Of a stretch of 64,000 bases of DNA, positions 54,310 through 64,000 are shown in pieces. The stretch is from assembly GCA_051362555.1 (NCBI GenBank), contig CM120643.1, positions 28,710,848-28,774,847 on the forward strand. Reading direction: 5' to 3'. The position numbers and the translations under genes were made by a program. The notes under the pieces are model-generated. The model did not search any database. It saw only the letters and a list, made by a program, of their open reading frames with translations, and was not told the DNA's origin. This DNA comes from Lingula anatina (taxonomy: Eukaryota > Animalia > Brachiopoda). Numbering within the stretch: position 1 is the stretch's first letter; each line of letters begins with the position of its first letter.

Positions 54310-54954
54310 TAGACATTTCCCATGACGGTCGCCAGAATCCAACAACGCAGCTCTGCGAGGTGTTTTTAAGAAATCTCATCATCACAATATATTATGTCAA
54401 AGAATGGATGTGTTATTAATCTCATAGAAATAAATTATATATCTGATATACAAATAAAGATCTTTTAGACTCCTCGTATTTCGTGAACTAGACATATGCA
54501 TGACTGAATGGACAGAACTGCGGAGGAATCCAATAGGCCTACTCTACGCTAAATTAGACATTTTCTTGGTAAGCGGGGGGAGGGGGGAGGGGTTATTTTG
54601 TCCACGTCTACGTTCACTGCATACAACTATGTATAAGAGGCCGACTACAGTAGCTAGATGATTACACGTGCCTCTTACACATGGACGTGTTACCCTCTAC
54701 CAGGGTGGCAGATATTATAGGGAAAAAAAGAGAGAAAGAATCAAATGACTGTCTATTTATCTAAAGTTTTTTTTTTTTTTTTTTTGGAAAATTTGCCTAT
54801 AATACCTGCCACCCTGAAAGAGATTATGTCATCTCTGTACCGGTGTTGCCAAAATAGTTACGCATCAGCTGCGTATTCTTCTGATAACTGCCAAATAAAA
54901 TGCAACTTCGTTCAAAGGGAACTCTCAAATAATTATTTTAAGTTCAAAACACAG

Positions 54955-55017
<63 letters not shown>

Positions 55018-55226
55018 TAAGGTATATGCTTTGATGACACGGTGGATCGAAAGTGATCAAAGTGAAACCATGCCGTTATTCATCTATAGTTTAGTGCAAA
55101 TCTACCACGCATTAATTTGAAATTTTTTATTCATGTAGAGGTCGTCTTACTTCTTGTTATATGAAAAGTTATCTTAAATTAAAAAAACAAAAACATTTTT
55201 TGTATAAAAAAAAGTAAATAAAGAAA

Positions 55227-55345
55227 AGCCTACAGCACTAGGTATTCCCAGGCGGTCACCCATCCAAGTACTAACCTAGCCCGACGTTGCTTAACTTCGG
55301 TGATCGGACGAGAACCGGTGTTTTCAACGTGGTATGGCCGTAGGC
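55227..55345 (-). rRNA. RNA5S: 5S rRNA, copy 1
   Basis: GCCTACGGCCATACCACGTTGAAAACACCGGTTCTCGTCCGATCACCGAAGTTAAGC...GGGAATACCTAGTGCTGTAGGCT followed by a TTTT Pol III terminator. AT-rich box about 25-30 nt upstream. Confidence 0.98.
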
Positions 55346-55536
55346 AGGTGAGAGACAGGTGTGTTAAAACATATATCGCTGAAAACGGAAGTCGTTATAT
55401 TTGAAATACCTCGTAGTTCTAATTTAGTTAACATTAAGCAAGAGCTTTTTTTTTAGTCCTTAAACCAAATAAACTGAAAGTTCTTGTTTGGCCTACACGA
55501 CCCAAATCAATACGTCAATATCAATACAACAAAACG

Positions 55537-55625
55537 TGACCTAGTTTTAGACAGGTGCAGTTTTACCGCTCATGTGCCAAGACAGGCCATAGAAGGTCAG
55601 GGAACACAGGTCAGTGGAGAGGTCA
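55537..55625. promoter_or_regulatory. Cluster of nuclear-receptor half-sites upstream of cytochrome b5 copy B
   Basis: TGACCT at 55537 and AGGTCA at 55594, 55608 and 55620. Confidence 0.4.
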
Positions 55626-56090
55626 CGCCCCTTGCCGATCATCGTCATCATGATTACCTTTATCTCCCACTCCGTGCTTCGACACGAACATTCGCTTGAC
55701 AACCTTCAGAGAATCCATAATAAATAGGAAGCAATCTCACAGTGATCGCACTCACACTCATAAAGCAGAACCAGTGAATACTTTACCGCACAACGCCATC
55801 GTCACTTATTACTCCTGTTAATTTTTAGTGGCGTCAGAGACTCGGTCTTTCTTGGAAAAGTCAGTAAAGAAAGTGAAACAACACAGTTTTGAAAACAAGT
55901 CAAAAGTCATTGAAGAGTACGGGTAAGTTTATAATAAGTTTAATTATTAGATATTGACAGTAGAAACACTCGCTTCAAATTTGATCACAGCGTGTGCACG
56001 TCGTTACACTGGTACCTATTATATATACTGGTTGGACGGTTACAACATATTGGAGTGACTTTTTTACCATTGGAGATTTTTCAGGACGCC

Positions 56091-57318
56091 ATGACTGAAG
56101 TTATTCCACTGGAACAAGTGCTGATAAAGAACAAGGAGGGACAAACGTGGATAATCATTGGCCACAAAGTCTACAATGTGACGGAGTTCAAAGAACAGGT
56201 AGAGCAAGAAGCCAAAACGATCTCAGGAAGAGGAGGAGGGGGGGGGGGGGGGCGTACACAGTTGACTTTCACCCTGAGTTTATTAGGCCTAGATTAAGTT
56301 TAGTTGCCATCATACCTATAGGTGGTCATTTGTACCAGTTATGTTGTACAACATGTGTCATTCACTGCATGCTATTTACATGTACAAGACAAATTAAGGG
56401 TGTATTATTATCAATGTTGCAGACAAGATAATTATATACACCTTTCAGTTCTCTTGTATGTCGCATACAGTGGACAAATTGAGTTTTTGTAACTGGATTA
56501 TGCCCTGTCTGACGGTTCGAACAATAGGATAAACACGCTGAAGCATATATGAAAATACAGGCAGCTCTGTATGCCTAATACAAGTGCAATTATCAAATTG
56601 TTTGAAGCGTTAGTACAGCTCATGGAGCAGTTTATTTATTCATTATACATCTCCAGGCAATATAAAAATTATTTATTTATTTATTTATTATTTTCATTAT
56701 TTGATATACATAGGCTATATGTTATTATTTCATAGACACAATACATGTACCTGATACTTATTCCTGTGATTGTAATAAAACTATACATTTTATATTCCTA
56801 TATTTCAGCACCCTGGTGGGGCACAAGTAATACTTGATGAAGCAGGTATTATAACTTTTGTGTATTCAATTCCTTTTTTCTTCCCTTATTTTGGGTTTCA
56901 TAATATATTACATGTACATGTTTTATCAAAAAGTATCATTCTACTATTTTTCTACATATTGTTACCCATGCAGAAATTACATGCATGCAAAAACACATGC
57001 ATGTGCGCATGCATGCATGTGTGTGTGTGTGTGTGTGTGTACGTGTGTGTTCCTTAGAGAGTACATTTTTATCAGTCTATCATTTACAATTCCTAATTAG
57101 TTGCTGGTAGGAATTCTCTATTTTGCACTGCCCAGCTGTCTGGGTGAAAATGAAAGTGGTATAGAAAATGAAAGCACCAGGAAAAAACCTATGCTGTTCT
57201 TTGTTACTTTAAGATAACCAGTAATTGAACTGAAAAGTGGGTTATTGTTGCCATTTTTGTTATTACCTATACTTGTCAGCTAAATCAACAACCATTTGTT
57301 TTCCTCAGTCTAGTTGTT

Positions 57319-57366
<48 letters not shown>

Positions 57367-58300
57367 GTAAAGACCAGAATTACTCTTTTAAATGAAGCAT
57401 TTATGTATTGAATGTGTACTCTGGGTATCAGGGGTCTCTGGAAGCTTACCTCTTTATTATCAGCATGAGGTGTTTCCATGTCAAGTGAGCTGTGAATCTC
57501 AGGGTTCTTATTTCAGCAAACCACTGGCATTTCTAGATAACACACACAGTGATGCTATACAGGGGCAGATCCAGAGATATTTTCTGACAGTCTTCCAAAT
57601 TATCTTTGTTGATCCATTCTCCATTTCTGAATGTCTTCTGACAGAAAAAATTAGATACCAGTCAATGTAAACTTGAAAGTCTGATCATCTTCCTTAAGAC
57701 CAGAAGAGGGTCTCAATCCTTCCCTGCTATATCCTCACCTTGAGATTGAAGTTGAGTTAACCAAAAACTTTTCACACCAATGGTCCCCTCTTGAAATTAG
57801 ATTGTAGACTTATTCTAGCTGAATCTTAGTCCTAAACCATACTAAATAGCACCGTTCACCCTCTAAAATACCAAAATATATCCCCCCCCTTCAAATAATC
57901 TTGGAACCCCCTTTATATATCAGATTGGATAATTTTGACGTTACTGTTCCAGGAAAATCCACGCCTGATGCCACACGAGCCTTTCATGACGTCGGTCATT
58001 CCGCAGATGCTGAAGAACTCATGAAGGATTACCTCATAGGTGTACTGGCAGAGGTAATAGTTTTAGAAAACAGAAGAATTTAACAGACGGACAATTTGAC
58101 AACACATTTTTGGTTGCGATATATTACTGAATTAGTATAAAATTGGTAAAACAAAGAGTAACGATTTTTTGTTATCGAATATGAAATATTAATATGTAAC
58201 TAGACGACAGCTGGTGTATCCTAAAGAAAAATAAACTTGTTCTCAAGATTAAAACCAATAATGGTTAATTTTTATTTATTTATTTACTTTTATTATTTTT

Positions 58301-58331
<31 letters not shown>

Positions 58332-58869
58332 AACAAGACCCTTTTTGGCAGGTTCAGGATTAATTTTTCGGGGGGGGGGGGGGGGTAGAATGCAGAGTGA
58401 AGGGTTAGGGAGAATTTCACTTGTATGTGCTACATGAAGGAGGGGAAAAATCACAAATTTAAGGCACATCCCTCTGTTAACATTATCAGGATGTATTACT
58501 TTTAAGCTTCCCTAATTCTTTATGAATCTGTCTAGGATTAAAGATGTTTCTTTTTTATTTAGTTTAAAATGTTTGTTCTCAATTTTTTTTTTTTTTTTTT
58601 TTTTTTTGGGGGGGGGGGTAATTTAAAATAGTTTTTTTTTTATAGCATATGTCCTTTTTTTTCAATATCAGGCTGACAGAGCAGACCAGGGGAACAATAA
58701 GGTAAGAATATTTTTATTCTTCCGATTTACAATACTACACCATTTTATTCCTTTCTGCTGTGAGTGGAAATTATTTATGTAATAAACATTTTAAATAAAA
58801 TGTCAAATTAAAGTGTGATTTATTTCAAATTTTTATTTTCAGGAGGAAAGTGGGTGCATTTTATCATGA
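56091..58869 (+). CDS. CYB5: Cytochrome b5, copy B; 100 aa, no TM, C-terminal CaaX motif (CILS)
   Basis: Exons 56091-56198, 56809-56845, 57953-58053, 58672-58701, 58843-58869. Translation includes TWIIIGHKVYNVTEF, HPGG, FHDVGHS and YLIGVLAE-ADRADQGNNK-EESGCILS*. A 5'UTR exon ends at gg|gtaagt (55922). Confidence 0.9.
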
Positions 58870-59223
58870 TGAACTTAAGCTCTAAAGAAATAGTTGCTGT
58901 AAATCATTCTCTCAGCAAAACAAAAATAAATCCTGTACATATTTTGTGTAACTTGTTGACCATATTTTGGTCAAACAGTCATAACTGAAATGGAAAGAAT
59001 CATATGAGATACTGACAATATACATGGGCACAGTCATTGATGAAGTATTCAAATGTTGTGATAGAAAGAAAGGGAGGAAGGAAGAAGAGAAAGAAAAAAA
59101 TGGGTAACAATTTAACTTCAGTCTAATGCTGTCATATGTTAGGTTTGAGATTATAATTGAATATACTGGTATAGGAATGATCGATGTATGATTCTCACGG
59201 ATAAAATAAATTTTATATCTAAT

Positions 59224-62200
59224 CAAGGAGTTATAACAGAAGGAGATAACACGCAAGCCTCTCTATTGTCCGATGTCTGTTACGGTGGGCGGAGCTAGCT
59301 ACGGGGGGCCTCCGGTCTCAAGGTTTCGTCTGCGTCGCTCTCCTCAGCTTGGAGATAAATTTCATATGCGTTATTTCGCGTTAGAATTCGAGATCAGTAA
59401 TGTCAAAGCGCCGCTGTATGCTGACGATTTTTTTCACAGGTAATTATTTGGACGATGTGCTGGAAGGGAACGATATCATAGAAAGCGATTATAAGGTGGT
59501 GACTGAGGATGGTCGCCATGAGCTTTTTTTAGTCGGTGATAGATGGCTTTTTTATGGCACAACCCGGTGAAAAATCACCAAGGAGAAGTCAAAAGAAAAC
59601 GTCCCAACTGTGGTTTGTGAAAATGACATTCAAGTGAACGTCTGTCCTCACTGCCAAAGGACATAATATTAATACATTAACGTTTGGAACCTCCTGCCCT
59701 TGGGTCCCATAAACATATACATTGTGACAGTGCCTACGCTTTGTGTCTGGTTTTAAATTTCTTAAAGTATTTTTTCTCTCACTCGGTATAATTCTAATAT
59801 TATAATGCATTTAATTAAAATTTTAATCCAAGGTTGAGGCAATGCCACGACACGTCAGTTTACTGAATACTCGTTATAAATTTCTTTATCTTGGAAATTT
59901 CCCTTTTTTTCAGGATTATTTGACACGTACAAAATCTGTTCATATTTGTCGGTAAACAAGTGCACAGTGCTATACATAAAGAATAATTTTTATTCATTCA
60001 TAAATATATTTATGTACAAAATATATCAGAAATTTTAGTATTCACTGAGCTCTTTAAAGTGAAACAAATAAAGATGAGAATATTGAATTTCAAACTATTA
60101 TTTACTATATTAACTTAAAATATCTTTTAAGTCAACTCTATACTCAAGCACTCTATACTCTATACTCATGAAAGTAGCATCTGTGAGTAAAACCATTTTA
60201 TTATATCAATAGAAGAACAAAAACAAAAATTTTACACATAAGCAGTAATAAATGAAGTCATAAGAATGATTAAGTTGCTACAGTTTTCCAGTTTTATGCA
60301 GTCTATGATGGCATTTTTTTCAACCGTGCAAATAGAAATAATTATATTCTTTTTTATCTGACTTGCTGATACCAGTCTGTGCCAGATACTATTCCACTTA
60401 CAGGCCAGCAAGGTCTGAGAATCTAATGGGCCGAATGAAAAAAAAATCCAAGAAGATAAAGTGGTTAATTCTTACAAATAGGATAAAAAACATGGGATTT
60501 TCAAAAGGTTATTATAGATCAAGACAACACTTAGTAAGAACATTTATAAAATGTAACAGCTGAAAAAATTAACTGGTAAGTAAGCAGTAAGTGACTGCTT
60601 TAAAGAAATTTCACTGAAACAGAAATTTCACTGGCAATCAGGTAGACTGTTATACCATGGCACTCAACAATTTATATATAGGTTTTGAATTTTTTTCCAC
60701 GTAACAGTAACATAAAATTTATGTCCACTTTTGCAATGTATAGAGTCAGTTAGGTGACTGAAAATATTTTAAAATGTCATAAAGGAGCACTATTAATTTA
60801 ATGCAATCTCTGTTGGCCAATCTTATCCAGTTTCTTCTCCAAAAAGGACAACTCAAGTGAGAATTTCTTCAGGGCCTTTTCTTCTGCCTTGCTAATGCCA
60901 TGCCACTCAGAAAAGAGAGAAACCTGTAGGTTAGAAAAAAAAACATAATAATAGCATTATGAACTACTAGTAGCCATGTAGACATTATGGAATTACGCAG
61001 TGAAGTTTAATATGTCTTGTTATGACTTGACTGAAATAATGTTCACCACATAAAAGATATTTTACAACTAAATTTATATAGAACATCAAGATTCATGATC
61101 ACAAGCTAATAACCCCAAGAAATTGAAAGAAATTGTACTTATTACAAGAAATTATTTAAATCCGCCCTGGTTCCTACTCTTCTGACAGGACAAAAAGGGG
61201 ATTTCAGAGAGGCTGGTTGCTAAAAGGAAAATGCCCAAGGTTGTTGTATTTTGAAAAAAAAATTAAAAAGGGTACTGTTGTTAGTGAATGTTTAATGCAT
61301 CTTAGGCATTATGACAAAAGTAACTTACCCCAGACACACTGACCTCCTTTTTTCATTGACATTTTTTAATTTTTTCCAGCCTGACCATAATTCATATATT
61401 CAATGCAGCCTTCTCCCATATCTATAATAGAAAAAAAACTTGAGTAGTGTTAAGATATGCATGTCAAATTCATTATCAATTTTGAGAGAATTTCTGTTTC
61501 AACACTACAAGATGAAATATTTAATTTCAAGTAATGAATAAACCTTAATAGAGTTCTATTCTATTGTAACCACCAAGGCAAAGCTTCTTTCTTAAAATGA
61601 ACTGAAACATCCAAGCTTGCCACCTAACATGCCAAAGTAGTGAAGTATAATTTAAGTAGAGAAGCAAGTACCCCTTAATTATAGAGGTGTCTTACACAAT
61701 AAGGTGTGTCTTACACACCTTGACTCAAAGAGAGATGTGTAGTGAGATAACAGGTAAAGTAATTGGTGGAGCCTAGGTGAACTTAAAACCTTAAGACTTT
61801 AAATTAAGAAGCACCAGTATTCATGTGTGTTCTTTTTTCAAAGGTTTAATATGAATTAAAACATATATATGTAAAAAGAAGACTAAATAAGTTAAAAATA
61901 ACTATACCAAAGACACTGTGAAGTCAAACTTCCTGTTAGACCGCCATGATGGAAAATGCTGGGTGGAGGCAAAATTTTCCAGTCAAAAAAACTGAGCACT
62001 TTACTTTAACAACAAAGTTACCACTCCAAAGCCACCCACCATGGTGAGAAGAAAAATGATGACCAACTGTCATGATAAGTCTTTTTAGATTTAAACATGA
62101 AAAAGGTAAAGGCCAAAATGGTACATTTACCCATAACACTAGAGTAAAAAATTGGTATTCTGAACAAATCAGGTTATTTTTTTCAAGAAATATTGGAGCA

Positions 62201-63103
62201 GTATCCATGCAATATATACCACGCCACGACCAAGATGTTCAAGAATCTAAACACACCAAATTTTTTTATAATCTTGCATTTGAAAAGTACAAAAAGCGGT
62301 AAGGCTTTTGGCCGTAACAAGCGTAACACTTTTTGATCGGAACTCATGAAAATTGTCAATTGTCGTATCCAAGCTAGACCACATGTAAAATCGCAAAAAT
62401 AAACAATACTGCTCAAGCAAGTGTGTTGCACACATAATAATTAGTTAAATTTTATGACTGTCATGTGACACAAGTTTCAAAAAGTAGGAGGAAAATGTCT
62501 TTTGGAGTAATTTTTTTTCGAAATATTAACAAGATGGCGGCTTAAGCATCTGCTTGTTATTCGGCTACTGAAAGTGCACCTAAGTTTTATTCTTTGCTAT
62601 TGCCACAAATTACTTAACAATTGTAACTGTATAAAGACCAAACTTTCTTCATCTGATACTATAATTATAGGCACTTGTTATGAGTGGGAAATATTTTTCG
62701 TGCAATATTTATTCTCCACACACCACCTCGCGAGATCAACGTGTAGCTGGACACTTACACAGTGAGACCCTACGACATAAAAGTTGCAATTTATCTTCAT
62801 ATTTCGTGTAGTTATGCATTTAAAAGCACTTACCTGTTTTTTGAAAACCTTGTCCAACGTACTATCATATAAATTCTGTATTTCTCTCATTTTTTAGAAA
62901 CTTGGGACTCCGTTTCTGTTTCTGTCCTCAAAAATCAACAGACGAAGGCACAGATACTAACAAACGAGATTTAAACGAGAGTAATTAAGCGTAACAGAGA
63001 TAGACATCCATTGTTCTCTGGGTTCTATTCATTCCGACCAATGAGAGACCGTAATACGGGCTCCGCCCCCACGCGTGTAATCTCCTTCTGTTATAACTCC
63101 TTG
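59224..63103. mobile_element. Non-autonomous TIR DNA transposon, P-element-like, 3.88 kb
   Basis: 31-bp TIR CAAGGAGTTATAACAGAAGGAGAT(A/T)ACACGC with 1 mismatch and 7-bp TSD ATCTAAT (59217-59223 and 63104-63110). The paralogous empty site tatatctgatatac is at ~54438. No transposase recognised. Confidence 0.85.
60798..62890 (-). pseudogene. Three-exon cargo pseudogene inside the transposon
   Basis: Exons 62890-62834, 61421-61329, 60923-60798 with gtaagt donors and phase-0 junctions. 92 codons with two in-frame TGA in exon 2. Family not recognised. Confidence 0.5.
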
Positions 63104-64000
63104 ATCTAATATACAATTAGATGTCTTAGATTCTGTCTACTTCGTGTACTGATGGTGAGAAGTGTGAAAGGATCCGATACTCTACGCAAAATCAGACATC
63201 TTCTTGGTAAGCAGGGGTGGGTTAATTATTTTAAATTCAAAACCCAAAATTTTGAGGGATAAATGACTTAAGGAATAACTTTGATGACGAGATGAATCGA
63301 AAGTGAAACCATGCCGTTATTCATGTATGGTTTTGTTCAGATCTACCAGGCAATAATTTGAAATATATCAATAACTATTAGACGTTTGTAGAGGCCATTT
63401 TACTTATTGTTTAGTGAATATATGTACTTAACTAAAACGAAAAACATTTTATATATAAAAATAGAAGTAAATAAAGAAAAGCCTACAGCACTAGGTATTC
63501 CCAGGCGGTCACCCATCCAAGTACTAACCTAGCCCGACGTTGCTTAACTTCGGTGATCGGACGAGAACCGGTGTTTTCAACGTGGTATGGCCGTAGGCAG
63601 GTGAGAGACAGGTGTGTTAAAACATATATCGTTGAAAACGGAAGTCGTTGAATTTGAAATACCTCGTAGTTCTAAGTCAATATTAATCAAGTGCTCTCTT
63701 ATAGTTCTTCAATTAAGTAAACCTAGTTTGATGATTCTAAACGCCGCAAATCAATACGTCAATATCCGTAACAAAGGTGTGACCTAGTTTTTGACAGGTG
63801 TCATTGTGACCTAGCAACAGGAGTTTATGAGGTGTCATGCAGTGGCGTACTACAGTCTTTCTTGGGAAAGTCAGGAAAGCGAAACAATTAACACAGCTCT
63901 GAAAACAAAGTCAAAAGTCATAGAAGAGAGCGGACAACAGTTTATAGATTTGATATTGACAGTAGAAATACTCGCTTGAAATTTAATGACAGTGTGCGCA
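63104..64000 (+). repeat. Second copy of the 5S plus cytochrome b5 upstream duplication unit (paralogous to ~54440-56000)
   Basis: Collinear blocks: actctacgc..ttcttggtaagc, gtgaaaccatgccgttattcat, 5S, aaatcaatacgtcaatatc, gtcaaaagtca, gatattgacagtagaaa. The window ends ~90 bp before the position equivalent to the copy-B ATG. Confidence 0.9.
63480..63598 (-). rRNA. RNA5S: 5S rRNA, copy 2
   Basis: Identical to 55227-55345, with the same TTTT terminator and near-identical upstream ~80 bp. Confidence 0.98.

Noticed and set aside
55030-55070. TGATGA...GAAA as a hammerhead ribozyme or C/D snoRNA near the 5S (also at ~63281)
   Set aside because: Stem II does not pair in register with GAAA, and no D box or terminal stem is conserved between the two copies.
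61329-61421. In-frame TGA codons as selenocysteine
   Set aside because: No redox motif context and no SECIS recognised; CpG decay within a transposon is more parsimonious.

Overview
AT-rich, intron-rich animal genomic DNA, not prokaryotic. The 5S sequence and repeat types suggest a lophotrochozoan, probably a mollusc (inference). Spliced genes reconstructed by hand, in order: PSMG2 (+, 7 exons); VAP (VAPA/VAPB co-orthologue, -, 7 exons, one GC-AG intron); a signal-peptide-less 5'-nucleotidase/metallophosphoesterase (+, 12 coding exons, head-to-head with VAP); a ~1700-aa low-complexity protein with a degenerate SAFB/SLTM-type RRM (-); and a tandem array of transmembrane-less cytochrome b5 genes interleaved with identical 5S rRNA genes. 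Main points: (1) one cytochrome b5 ends in a CaaX box (CILS*) instead of a TM anchor; (2) 5S rRNA and cytochrome b5 appear to be co-duplicated head-to-head as one repeat unit; (3) a 79-bp tandem array turns the start of a 5'-nucleotidase exon into five 60-nt AG/GT-bounded cassette copies; (4) a 3.9-kb P-element-like insertion carries a spliced non-transposase pseudogene. Introns also hold a nested Helentron-type (HINE) element and several MITEs. All gene models come from reading the sequence; no database search was run.
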